Positions 1 to 12,000 of a DNA stretch of 34,434 nt are shown piece by piece. Both the position numbers and the translations under genes were made by a program. This stretch comes from Rhizaria sp. SCN 62-66. Taxonomy: Eukaryota. Within the stretch, counting starts at the first letter, position 1. The number at the start of each line of letters is the position of its first letter. The notes below the pieces were generated by a model. The model saw only the letters and a program-made list of their open reading frames with translations. It made no database searches and had not been told where the DNA came from. The stretch spans positions 1 through 34,434 of the forward strand of contig MEDY01000329.1 of NCBI GenBank assembly GCA_001724265.1. The letters are read 5' to 3'.

Positions 1-1
1 A

Positions 2-2083
2 AACGAGCAAGCGATCACAAATACGCTTGCTGACACGCCCTGGGCTGCTGCACGTGCTGCGTTTGAGGCAGCGACCACCGATGCGACTGCTGGCTTGGTA
101 CCGCGCGAGGTCACGTGCAAAGCTGATGTGCCACTCGCTGACTTGCTCTCTGCATCTGACGGCGACGGCTTGGTTGCTGAAATTGGCACGGTTGAGCTGT
201 GCGGCGTGCGTTTCAGGTGCACTGTGCGCCGCGGCTGCGGCTGCGGTGCCTCCACGTTGCTCCTGTCACAACAGCTAAAAGACTGTAAAGATGGTGCCTT
301 TACGGGCGCATCTGTTGAAGGCACACCGTCCAGTGCAAACGCGGACGCAGGTTCACGTCCTACAACATCAGCGACAACTTTGCCTCTGTGCCGATGTGCG
401 CTTGTCGGTGAGGTCACGGCGAATATTGTGTCAACAAGCCTTGCCGCAAGCTACTACGCCTGCGGATCACGCGCCAAGACCGTCGCCGACCTAATCGAGA
501 CTGAGGACAGCGACGAAGTTGAAGATGACATTGACAATGACAACAAAGCGAATGATACTGGCAAGAACATCACAGCGACTGCTAATTCAGTTGACTGTGG
601 CGACGATGTCAGTGGAGACACCTGTGAGTTCGGCACTGTCCGTGCAACCTTCTCAGTGCTGCGCGGTAGTGACGGCAAGAGCAGCGGAGGAGCTCAGTCT
701 GACGATAACAACACCGACAACTCTGGTCTTGTTGCTACAATGCTGCTTACAGATGTCGATAAGCGCACCGCTTCTGTTGTACTCGCACAGTTGGCGAACG
801 CGCAGGCAGTGGCAACGGCGTCGATGAGTGCAAAGTGGTGTGTGCGTGTCGCTGTTGCGTTCCCGGACGTTTTCCACGAGAAGCGCGCGCTGCATATGCT
901 GGCGGAAGCTGTTCCGGTGGACTGGATGTTAAGGACTGAAGGTGCTGCTGCAGAGGCAGCTGCTGTGGCCGCTGCTGTGGCTACAGCTGTGGCTGCTGCA
1001 AAGGCAGAAGGGGATGCAAAGGCTGCTGTGGCTGCTGCAAAGGCAGAAGCGGCTACAAAGGCTGCTGTGGCTGCCGCAAAGGCTGCCGCTGAAGCGGCTG
1101 CAAAGGCGGCTGCAGAAGCTGCGGAAAAGGCCGCCGCTGAAGCGGCTGCAAAGGCGGCTGCCGAGGCAGAAGCGGCTGCCAATGCAAAATGGCTGTCGAA
1201 TGATTGGGAGGCCCACATTGCTTGCAGCCTAGAGGAGTGTGGATACCCTCGGCGACAGGCAACAGTGGCGTCATATGACTACACCCCGTCTCCAGCTCCT
1301 GTGAGGGATCATGGGATTCCACCTCCTGCGACACTCACGCTACTGCAAACAAAGGCTCGCGATCGTATTCTGGCATATGCTCGGCAGAAGTTGGAGAAAG
1401 AACACATGACATCTGATGTGGTCATGAATGTTAGTTTATATGATGCAAACAACACGAACTACGGCGATCATCGCATGGTGATCCGTCTTGATGACAAACG
1501 GTTCCCTCACAACGCCGCACACTTCCGCACTGCAGCTCAAAGTTCCGCATTGGGTCGCCGATTGCACCAATGTTTTGTCCCTTCAGGCCAGTCTCCCAGC
1601 ACGCCTCTGCCGTTTGTCACACTGCATCATCGAGAGCACGGCCCCTCCTGTGCCAAGTCACCCATCACACTTCCTGAGACCGACATTGTTTACGGTGAGT
1701 ACACGACGCCCGCTGCCAGCGCTAACGTGACATATCCAGTCGGCATAGTGCTGATGTACCCTCGCGAAGTTGTGCCTCGTGAGAATACGAGTGGTTACCC
1801 GGCATATGACTCCCCATGGTTTATCGTGTTCAAGCCTTGCGCTACCACTTTGCTGCGCGGCGCGGTGCCAGTCGGGCGTGTGATGTCGTTTGTGAAGGGC
1901 TGGAATGCGTCAACAAGCGATAATAGTGCGCAACCATTTGATGCACATGTGTTGCAGTGCTTTAAGACATATGCCAGTCCGCAGATAGGCCAGCCGTGCA
2001 AATCTTACAATTCGTACATGAATTTGTATTCGTTCATGAGATCTGCAAAGAACGATCATAAATCACACCCAAAAAAAACATAA
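2..2083 (+). CDS. 5'-truncated protein with acidic/low-complexity N-part, Ala-Lys-Glu helical repeat and divergent cyclophilin-like C-terminal domain (copy A)
   Basis: The frame of ORF 95..2083 is open back to position 2 (NEQAITNTLADTPW...), so the true start lies outside the window; it ends at TAA 2081-2083. The C-terminal motif order VVMNVSL..HRMVIRL..FPHNAAHFR..LHQ..IVYGE..VGIVLM..DSPWFI..GAVPVGRV..KG parallels cyclophilin VFFDI..GRIVIEL..VPKTAENFR..FHR..SIYGE..PGILSM..GSQFFI..KHVVFGKVKEG. A paralog keeps the same frame open. Confidence 0.8.
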   Translation, partial: NEQAITNTLADTPWAAARAAFEAATTDATAGLVPREVTCKADVPLADLLSASDGDGLVAEIGTVELCGVRFRCTVRRGCGCGASTLLLSQQLKDCKDGAFTGASVEGTPSSANADAGSRPTTSATTLPLCRCALVGEVTANIVSTSLAASYYACGSRAKTVADLIETEDSDEVEDDIDNDNKANDTGKNITATANSVDCGDDVSGDTCEFGTVRATFSVLRGSDGKSSGGAQSDDNNTDNSGLVATMLLTDVDKRTASVVLAQLANAQAVATASMSAKWCVRVAVAFPDVFHEKRALHMLAEAVPVDWMLRTEGAAAEAAAVAAAVATAVAAAKAEGDAKAAVAAAKAEAATKAAVAAAKAAAEAAAKAAAEAAEKAAAEAAAKAAAEAEAAANAKWLSNDWEAHIACSLEECGYPRRQATVASYDYTPSPAPVRDHGIPPPATLTLLQTKARDRILAYARQKLEKEHMTSDVVMNVSLYDANNTNYGDHRMVIRLDDKRFPHNAAHFRTAAQSSALGRRLHQCFVPSGQSPSTPLPFVTLHHREHGPSCAKSPITLPETDIVYGEYTTPAASANVTYPVGIVLMYPREVVPRENTSGYPAYDSPWFIVFKPCATTLLRGAVPVGRVMSFVKGWNASTSDNSAQPFDAHVLQCFKTYASPQIGQPCKSYNSYMNLYSFMRSAKNDHKSHPKKT
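941..1185 (+). repeat. Coding tandem repeat: 39-nt (AAVAAAKAExxxK) and 24-nt (AAAKAAAE) units
   Basis: Recurring gctgctgtggctgctgcaaaggcagaag and gcaaaggcggctgc/gccgctgaagcggct units; the translation is EAAAK-like. Confidence 0.85.
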
Positions 2084-2132
2084 TCTTGTGCTACATTAGA
2101 GGTGAAGTCCAGTCACGATCACTCGCAGCGCA
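1289..2132 (+). repeat. Left arm of a long inverted duplication (pairs with 33488-34434)
   Basis: Direct comparison: tctccagctcctgtgagggatcatgg at 1289 matches the reverse complement of the window end. The 3' flank taatcttgtgctacattagaggtgaagt..cagtcacgatca.tcgcagcgca is shared up to 2132. Confidence 0.95.
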
Positions 2133-3059
2133 CGATGATCTTTTTTTTCTGGACACTTAAGGGGTTTGGGAAGTGTAAAAGGCAATGGAACTTGAGTACG
2201 CGTACAGACTTGTAATGTTAACTTCAAGCTGTACGAATTTGTATTTTGCATTCTCACGAACCCGATTAATGGGGTCGAAGGAGAATAATCATCTGCTCTT
2301 GCTTCCTCACCACAAACGAATCGCGGTGCTGGGGGTGGATATGAACGTTACATGTACGTACGTCAAATGCAGTTTTTGTGTGTTGGTTAACAGAAAATGG
2401 ATGTACTCACACCACAAGAATAGACCATGAATCAGTCAACCACATGACAATCACGTAGCGGGGTACACCGGTGTTTTCCAGGGAATTGCCTACACATGTA
2501 ATTATTATGTCAATGAGACTATGGAGTGAAACGTACGCGACATGTAACATGCGCTATTCGCAAATATATAGTCACATGATATGTATGTGTCACATAAATT
2601 GCTTTTATGACAACATACCCATACGATTTGATTTGAACTCACTCCAGTCTCGTCCACTAAATTCATGATATTAATAGCTGGTTTGACTAACATACATGTA
2701 TTAATAAGCTTACTGACTTAAGCCCCTTCTTGCATCCCGAACACATTGAGAACAGCTTGAGTCGAAGCTCCGCGCTGGCGCCTTCAGGCGGCTCTTAACA
2801 AAGGCTTTAGACAGCCAATGGTAGCACGCATCTGTTGTCGGTGCGTCACCTGGGTTCCTCATGACCTGCCAGGTTTTTAGTTGCAAGTTACATTGCTAAA
2901 ATACTCATGTCGAGTTGATTGTTACACTGACAGAATTACAGCGTAACCAGTAATGAAAGAATAATGTATTATGGATAAATGTGTTTCTAAAAGATGGACA
3001 TAGATTGCGTCGATATAGCTATATGTATAAAAACTCAGTCGTGAACTGAGCATTCGAAT

Positions 3060-6000
3060 TTAAAGCTCATTATGAAGCTGTTTGATCTCGAGACTCCACA
3101 GCAGCCCCATCTCCTCCTCCTCCTTGCGGGCCCGCGCGACGGCCTCGAGCGCCGCGCGCACGCGCTGCCGGTGCTCCGCCGCAAAGCTCCCGTACGCGCG
3201 GTCGCGGTGCGTTACGATGGCGCGCGCCAGAGGCCCGCGGTAGGCGGTCACGGCCGGCGACGTCAACACCGTGCCGACGTTAGCACTGCGAGCGCCACCG
3301 TGTTGCTGCTGCTCCTGCTGCTGCTGTTGTAGGGGCGCGTCGGAGGCGGAGTGGGGCGCGGCGGCGATGGACAGGAGGCGCAGCGAAGAGCCTGCCGCGC
3401 CGGCTGCAGCGGCCTCGCCAGCGCCACAGCCGTTGCCAGAAGAGCTACTATTCTTGGCGCCATTGCGATTGTCGCTGCTGTTGTCAAAAGATGCGAACAT
3501 GGACTCGAAGGCGTCAGTGAGTTCGGCGGCGGAAGCGCCGGAGACAGCACGCAGCAGCGCGCCAACCGCGGCCGTCACTGGGTTCGCAGCGGCAGCAGGG
3601 GCAGCGCTGCTGCTAGAGCCAGAGCCAGAATCAGAGCTAGTGGTAAAGCTCGAGCTCGTGCTGCGAGGGGCAGTCGCAAATGAAGCGGCCGCGGCAGCAA
3701 GAGCAGGGGCGCAAGCAGCGGCGACAGGGGCCGACGTGAGCGCAAGCGCCGGTGACAGCGACAACATCAACGATGACGAGGACGAAGATGACGACGACTC
3801 GGAGCCCGAAGTTAAGCCGCTGGTGGTGGCAGCAAGGCGCGACTTAATGTAAGCCGCCTCCATGGCGCGCAGTGAGGCGAACATCGCGATCACAGGATCG
3901 GCAACGAGAGCGCCAGCAGTGATTGCGGTGCCGCTGACATTCACAGTCGACTGACTGGAGACTTGAGTCAAAGCGTTACTCGTGCTCGTAGCAGCGCCGT
4001 GGTGTTGCTGCTGCTTGGCGGCGACAGCAACGGCGTGAGCCAAAAGCTCGCTGCCGAGCTTGAACAGCTGTTTGGAGCCGCCGCTGCCGGTCAGAGCAGA
4101 CTTGGCGCCCGCATTGGTGCTGTTAAGGAGGCCCAGGACGTCGAGGTGCGGACCGAGCACCGCGAGCGGGGCCAGCGGGGACGCGAACACCGCGCTGCTC
4201 ACCCCGCCAGCCGCACCACTCGCGGTGAGAGCACTGGATTTGGCAGAGGCAGCGCTCAAGGAAGCAGCGTTGTTGGTGTTGGCGTTGTTGAGAGCGCGTG
4301 CGAGGGCCACGACGCGGGTGTGCAAGTACCCGTCTAAGGGCAGCATGCCGAGTGTAAGGGGCAGGCCCGGAATGCGCGTCGTTAACAGACGCGGCGCCGT
4401 CGCAGCCACGGCCACGGCACCAGCGCTCGCGTTCGCAGCAGCGGTGGCGGCAGCAGCAGCGGCAACAGCCAAGTCAGAGCCGGAGCCAGCTCCAGCGCCA
4501 GAGCGGGCGGTGAGGGGCGCCAACAGCACGCTCGCGTGGGCCGCGTTCGCAGCGGCGGCAGCAGCGGCAGCGGCAGCGGCAGCGGTGCGGCTGCTGCCGC
4601 CCCCGCCGCGGTGGCCGCCCTCAGCCGCGGCCGAAGCGGCAGCGGCCGCGGCCGCGGCGGTGGCGTTGGCGGCGTTGACGGCTACCGCAGCGGCGGCCAC
4701 GGCGGTCGTGGCCTGCGCGCCGAGGGACATCGCCTCGATGCCGCCGCCGCTACCGCTCTGCGCGTTGGCGCCCTAGCTGGCGCTGGCGGCGGGCTGCGCG
4801 AAAGCGGTGGCGAGGGCGGCGGGCGGCACGCGGCACTCGACGGAGCGCGCGAAAGCCTGGCGCAGGCGCAGCGGGTTGCGCACGGTCACCGCAGCAGAGC
4901 CAGCAGCGGCGCCGTTAGCGCCGACGCTAAGGCTCGTGCTGCCGAGGCTGGAGTTAACGTTGCTGAAGCTGACGGCGGCGGCGGCGGCGCGGGACGGCTC
5001 GGCGCCGCGGATCGCCGGCAGGGTCACTGTCCCGCTGCTGACGCCTACAAAGCTGCCAGCGGTGCCGTTACTTGAAACAGCAACAGCAGTGATGGGAACA
5101 GTGGCATTGCCGACGCTCACGGACGCGTCAGCGAAGTTGCTCGCGACCGTGAGAGGCGCCAGAGCGGGGGCGCCTGCCTTGCGGTCAGACAGAGCGCCGC
5201 TAGTCGTCGCAGTGACAAAGCCGCTCGAGTTAAAGCTATTATTGTCGTTATTGCTGTTGCTGTTGATGCTACGAGCCGAGACGACGGGTGCGAGGTCTTC
5301 GACTGCAATCATCGCGTCGCCGTTGACGACAAGCGCCTGCGTCGCGTGCGTGATGCGCTGCATGAACACGCGCGCGACACAGGCCTCGGCCACCACGGCC
5401 ACCACGCGGTACGCAGCGGCGGCGCGGGCGGCGGCCACCGCGCGCGCAGCCTCCGCCTCGGCCAGCCCCGTCAGACTCGCACCGCCGGCCCCTGCCTCGC
5501 TACCATGGGCCATGAGCAGCGCTGGCCCCAGCGGGCGGCGGTGCGCGACGGCGGCGGCGCGCGTGCTCTCGCGGTGGCGCTCGAACGCCTCCGCCAGCGC
5601 GCGGGCGACAGCCGCGGCCTCTGCGGCGGAGCGGCAGAGAATGTCAGCGAACACGGCGGCGGCGGCGCGCGGCAGCAGCGGGGCCGTGCGCGCGGCCATC
5701 AGCGCCAAACGCGCGCGCGCAGCCACAAGCGTGGCGTGGGCGGACCGGCGCAGCGCGCGCGAATGCGACAGCAGCTGCGGCGGCAGCGCGGGCGCGGACT
5801 GGGACGACATCAGGGCGTCGACAGCGGCGGCGGTGGCGGCTGCGGCGGTGGCGGCGGTGCTGCTGCCGGCTAAGCTGCTGCGAGTGCTGGCACTGCCGTT
5901 GCTGGCGCCGAGAGCGCCGCCCCGAGCGGGTTTGCCGTTCGCGCCGTCGCTACTGCTAGACGGGGACGCGACAGTGACCGATCCAGTGTTGCTGCCGTGG

Positions 6001-9000
6001 CTCGGGCTCACGGGGCTCGCAGCGCCGGCGGCGGTGCCAGCGGAAGGGACGGCGGCCGCGGAGGCGGCATGGCAATAGAATGTGGCGACCATCGAGCGCT
6101 CGTGACTGGCCATGGCGGCGGCGATCGAGTCCTCAAAGAACACAGATGCGCCGCCGACGGCGTTCGCGCCAGAGCCGGGCTTGCCGGCGCTGTCGGTGTG
6201 GCTACCGCTGATATGAGAGCTAGAGTCGCTGTTGCCGCCAGCAGTGTTGAGCCAGGAGCTGGGGGGCAAGGCCCAGGAGATCGCGCCGGAGGCCGCGGCC
6301 AACACGGGCGCGGCCGAGGCGGCGGCGAAGGGCGCAATCGCGCCGTGGCTGCCAACGCTGCTCACGCTCACTGCAGCGGCACCCGCGTTCGAACCGGTAG
6401 CATTAGCGCCGACGCCAGCGCTCTGCGTCGTCGTGGTGGTGCTGGTGACTGAAAGGATGGGCGCAGTAGTCGCCAGAGCGCCCGCGGAGACGGCCAGCGC
6501 GGTACTTACACCAGAGGTACTTACATTATCCGTGACGAACATGTAGGGGAAGAGCAGACGTGTGAGCGGCGAGGCCGTTGCGTTGAGCGCGGCCGCGGCC
6601 CACGTGGCCACGGCGCCCGTGGCGATGATGCCCGTCGACAGCACGGCTGCCGCGGCACCGTCCGAGGGGGTACTTAGAGCGGAGACGGTGGCTACGCGCA
6701 GGTTCACGCCAACAGTCGTGTTACAGCTCGGACCAGCAGCGGAAGCGGCAGTGGTCGCACTCTTCGCGTTGATGTTGTTCACAGCGTTCGCGCCGGCGCT
6801 GTTGTTATACAGGGCATCATGGGCGACGGCGACGGCGCTGGGCAGCGGGAACGACTGGGCAGAGGCCGAGGCGGCCGCGGTGAGCGCGATGGGCGCGGCG
6901 GCGTCGCGCGCAGTGACCACGACGCGGGCGACGGCGCCGGCGCCCGCGCTGCCCACAGCAGCGGCGGAGCCACCGTTGGCGGCGCTAGCGGCTGTGGAAG
7001 CGCTGGCGGGAGCGCTGGTGTGAGTCAGAGTGCTGCTGGTGGTAGAAGTGGCAGCGGCAGGGGCGACGACGGGCACGGTGCTGGTGATCGCGACGACGGC
7101 GACCGCGTCCGTCGCGCTCACAGTCACGGAGCCGCTCGCACCGCAGAAGTCCTGCTGTTGCTGCTGGGGTGAGGGAACGGCGCTCGCCTGCGCGGCCGCG
7201 GAGAGCGCCGCAATGGCAGCCGCGCCCATCCGGCTGCCGCTGTCGCCGCCCGCCGCGCTAGAGCCAGCAGCGCGACCAGCGGCGGCGGCGGCGGCGGCAA
7301 TGAGAGGCAGGGCAAAGGCGTTAGTGCCGGCGCTGCCGCCGACGGGGGCGGACGCGGCGGCGGCGGCGACGGAGGCGGAGGCGGCCGAGGCCGCGGCGGC
7401 CACTGTGTTGGACGCGACGGCTGCGTTAGGGCCGGCGAGCGCGTGGCCCATCGCGACAGCGCTCGCGCCAGAGCCGGCGTCGCCGATGATCGTGGTAGTG
7501 GCGCTGCTCAGAGCGCTGTTGCCGCCGCCGCCGCTGTTCGAGGCGAGCGAGCGGACGAGGGGACTGGAACCAGGCGCGTTGGCGTTGCTGTTGTAGCTAA
7601 CCGCGACGGCGGCGGGGGCGAAAACCGTGTGCGCGTTCAGCACTGAGCCGGCGCTTGGGCCAGCAGCGCCGCCACCGCCAACAGAGCCAGAGGTGGGGGC
7701 ATTACCAGCCGCGCTGCCAGTGTAACTGCCGCCTGCTCCTGCGAGCGGCGCCGCCGAGGCCGCCTGGTCGAGCAACAACGCGGCGTAGCTGCTATCATGC
7801 CAGTGGGGGTTCAGCTCAGGCCACAGCAACAGCGCCGGCGACAACGACGGCGGGAAGATCAACGAAAGCGACGGCGCGCCGCCGCTGCCTCTGCCCGTCC
7901 CACTGCTAGAACCGCCGGAGGTTGTGAAGGTCGGGGCAGCGACCGAGGCAGGCGCGGCGGCGGCGGCGGCGGCAGCGGCGGCGGCGGCGGCGGCGGAGGC
8001 GGAGCCGGCGCGGGCGCCGGGGCGACTGCTGCCGCGGGGGGTGCCTGCAGTGCCGGCGACCCCGACAGCGTTGCTGCCCGCACTACCCGTAACCGCGCTC
8101 GCGCTGGCGTTGCCACCGCTGCCAGGGAGGGCGCTGCCACGCTTGCCGCGCCCGCCGCTGCCGCTGCCGCTGCCGCTGGAGCCGGTGTTGGCGCCGGCGG
8201 CAGCGGCCGCAGCGGCTGCGGCAGCCGCAGCGGCCGCGGCGGCAGCGGTGTTGGCTGAGTGCACGCATGCGAGCAGCGACTCGACCAGCGCGGGTGAGGC
8301 CGCCGCCAGGGCAAACAGCGACGCGTTGCCGGGCACGGCGCCGGCGGCAGCGCCAGCGCCAGAGAGGAAGGCGCGCGAGTGGCCGTGGGCCGCGGCCGCA
8401 GTGGCGAAGTGGCTGTGGGCGGAGCTGTGGGGGTCGTGGAAGGGCAGGCAAAGTACGGAGGCGGGGGGAGCGGGCAGCGCCCACACGCACCGCATATCGC
8501 CGCTGTCGGCCGCTCCGCCCGCGGGCGCGCTGCTCTGCGTGACGCGGGAGTACAGCAGCACCGGCGGGGCCAGCGAGTGGGGACCCGCCGAGGCCGCGAC
8601 AGCGGTCGTGGCGGCGGCGAGCGCGGCGGCGGTCGCGGCCGCGGGCGACAAGCCGTTAACACCGACGGCAGCATTGGAGCTGTTGCCAGCGGCGGCGACG
8701 GATGCGAGCTCGATGGGGTCGAGCACGGCATTAGCGGCGCTTGTGATCGTTCCAGTGTTGTGCGTAGCGATGGCGGGGGCCGCGGACGTGCTTACACTGC
8801 TGTTGGTGTTGGGAATCGCGGATGTAAGCAGGTACGTCCAAGGGGAGACGCCTAAAGGGGCCGCGCCTGTAAGGGCCAGCAGCGTCAGCGACGGCGCACT
8901 CGCAGCGCTGCCGCTAGCAGCAGCAGAGCCGACAGCGGCGGCAGCAGCAGCAGCATTAGCGGCTACAGTCGTACTTGCAGGAGCCGTGGCAGCGGGAGCG

Positions 9001-12000
9001 AGGCTACCGCCGGTGTACGCTGCCGAGAACAGCACAGACTGAGGCAACGGGGGGAGCACACCTGCATTCGTAGCGTTACCATTCGCACCGGTACTGCTGC
9101 CGCTGCTGCCGTTGCTGCTGCTGTCCTCAACGGTGCCAGGGCTAGCGATCGTGACGTTGCCGACGGGGTAGGCCGCGCCGAGCCCCGCGATCGCGAGCGT
9201 GCTCAGGGGGTCAAACCCGCCCGCCCCCGCACCGCCGGTGGCGTACGGGCCCGTGAAGTCCCCCCACTCGGGGTACGTACCGCCCAGCGCAGACTGCGCA
9301 GTCCACAGCAGGCCGCCCGCGCAGGGGAAGGCAGCCGCGGCCGCGAAGGCCGAGGCGGCGGCGGCGGCGGACCCAGGGCCGGCCGCCAACGCGAGGCCCG
9401 TGGCCAGCCCGGGGGCGGAGGCGGCCGCAGCGGCAGCGGCGGCCGCGGCGGCGGCAGCAGCGGCAGCGCCACGCTTGTTGGCACCTCCAGCGGCGGCCGC
9501 AGTGCTCACGGTGGAGCCAGCGCCTGCAGCGCCTGCTGAACCGATGCTGCTGCTGCTGCCTGAGACGGCGGAGTGGCCCGCAGCAGAGCCGGCGACGGCA
9601 CCCGCGGCGGGCGCTGCAGAGGCGGTGGCAGCGGATGGGGGTTGGGGCGGGGGAAATGTGAGCATCGGCGCGAGAGCAGGCGCTAAGGGGGCCGCGGTGT
9701 GCAGGTACCGCGCCTGCGCGGAGGCTGAGAGGTACAGAGACGCCAGCAGTGCGGCGCCGCCGTCGAAACCACCGGCGTTGGAGCTGGGGTTCGCGGGAGA
9801 AGACACTGAAACAATAGCAGTCGACGTTGCACTGTTGATGTTGTTCTTGCTGTTGCTGCTGTTGCTGCTGTTGCTAGTCAAGTATGTCAGCGCGGCGAAC
9901 GCGCGCGGTACGGGCTCGAGCGCGGGCAGCGGCAGCACGAAGGGCGCGGCGCTGCGCGCGGCGGCGACGAGCGCGTGCACGGACTGCGCCCACGAGGGGA
10001 ACGCCAGGGCGAACGAGGAGACAGTCTGCCAGAGCAGAGGGTGGTTCCACGCCACGGCCGCGGCCGGCAGCGGGGCCGGCGCCAGAGTCAGCGCCGCGTT
10101 GCCGCCGCCGCTGCTGCAGGTGCTGCTGTCGCTCAGGAGAGTGACCGTGGGCATGGTGGTGGGCAGCCCCGGGCCGAGCCTCGGCAGCGAGACCGCAGGC
10201 AGCAGCGCCAGCGCGCTGTAGGCGGCCAGCGCGGCGGGGGCCGTCGCGGGCGGCACCAGAGACAAGCCGGCGCTCGCGGCAGAGGCGAAGGACAGCGAGG
10301 AGGCGGCGGCGGCGGCGGCAGCGGCAGCGGCGGCCGAGGAGGAGCCAGAGGCCTTGCCACTGGGGGAGGTGAAGCAAGCGAGAATAAAAGATGACATTTA
10401 GAGACGAAGACGTAAGTTAATGAAAAATATATAAATCATATAGGATCAATATTTCGAATTCTTATTATGGAAAAGGCTAAATTGTGTTGATATACAGATT
10501 TACGTACGCAGCAGAGCGCGAGCCTGCGGAGGCCCCGCCCGCGCCGGCGCCGGCCGCGGCCTGCGGGGGCGGCGAGGCCAGGGCGGCCACGGTCGCGGCG
10601 GGCACCCCGGCCGCCGCCACAGCCGCCGCGACGGCGGGCGTGGCGAGCAGGAGCGGAGTTAGCGTGCCGTTGGCGGCGAGCGCTGCGACATGGGCGCGCG
10701 CGAAGGCCTCGAACACGAGGGCCGCGAGTTTCAACAGAGAGAGCGAGTGCGTGAGGCTCAGTGCGGTCGCAGAGGCCAGCGACAGCGGCGGCAGCGGCTG
10801 CGTCAGGCGGGGCTGCTGTTGCTGATGTTGTTGCTGTTGGGCAGAAGCAGGGGGAGAAGCGGCAATAGAAGCAGACGCGCTGCTGTTGTTGGAACCCTTG
10901 TTCGCAGCAGCAGCACCACCACTAGGAGCGGAAGTCGCAGCGCTCGTATTGCTGGGGACAGTAGAGATGTTGAGATACTCGTTGAACTGAGCCAGGTCGA
11001 TTGAAGCTGCACCGGCAGATCCCGCGTTCGCGCTGATATCCTTGCTGTTGTTCGCAGAATTGCCGCCGCGAGTGCTGCTGTTCCTAGACACACCCTTAGA
11101 CCCTGCGGCATTTACACCCGCCGCACCCGCGCCGGGGCCGCCGGCAGTGGCAGCAGAGAGCGCCGGGGCCTGCGCCTGTGTCTGCGCCTGCGTCAGGGGA
11201 TCCGAGGCCGGGACCAGGGACGCGACGGCGGCGGCGGGGCGCGCGGCCAGCCCGGCGGCGCCGTGGGCTGCCAGCAGGGCGACCGTATGCGCGGCCTGCA
11301 GCTGCAGGAACGCCGTGGCCGCGGCCAGGTGCCGGTGCAGCACCGCCGCGCGCTGCGGGTAAGCCGCGGCGGCCGCGGCCACGACGACGGCACTCGAGCC
11401 AGCACCCGCACCTGCGCTCGCGCTCGCGCTCGGGTTCACGACAGCAGTCGAGTGAGGGTGCGGCTGAGGGCCGCTGAGGACGGGCGCGTAGGCCAGGGGC
11501 AGGAAGCCCGTGACAGCGAGCAGCGTGGCGTTGCTCAGCGGCAGCGTCAGGCCACAGGGCGTGGAGATCACGACACTGGGGACGGCGACGGCGGCGGTCT
11601 CGGCCGCGCCCGCGCTCGCGCTGCTGCTGCTGTTGTTATTGCGGTGGGCGGCGGAGGACGGGCGCGAGTTGGACAGCGCGGACGGCGACCGCGAGGGGGG
11701 CTGCGAGCCACCGGCGCCGCCGCTGCCCCGCACGGACCGGGCGCCAGGCTTGGCGTTCACAGCGGTCGGCGTCGCGACTGCTGCGGCCTCGGCGGTCGCG
11801 TCAGCGGTGTTACCGTCAGCGGTAGCGGTGTTGCCGCCGTTGCCGGCAGCGCCGTCGCCGATGTCGGCGTCGGTGTCGGGGGCGGGGATGGCGGGGGCGT
11901 AGCTGTTGATCGCGAAAGTCAAGCCGCTGACGACGGCGCCAATCGCCGTCGGCATGCCAGCATTGACAGCGCTCGCAGCGCTCGAATTAGAACCAGAGCT

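Noticed and set aside
2800-2880. Possible tRNA (e.g. a suppressor tRNA-CUA)
   Set aside because: No acceptor stem, no TTCRA T-loop and no CTA anticodon loop. No tRNA gene can be supported anywhere in the window.
10360-10397. ATG start of the 1874-aa ORF (MSSFILACFTSP)
   Set aside because: This is the intron's polypyrimidine tract read in frame; the exon begins at 10359.
10477-10479. TAG ending the 3152-aa ORF
   Set aside because: It lies inside intron 2 and is followed in frame by TAA four codons later, so it is not evidence for or against reassignment.
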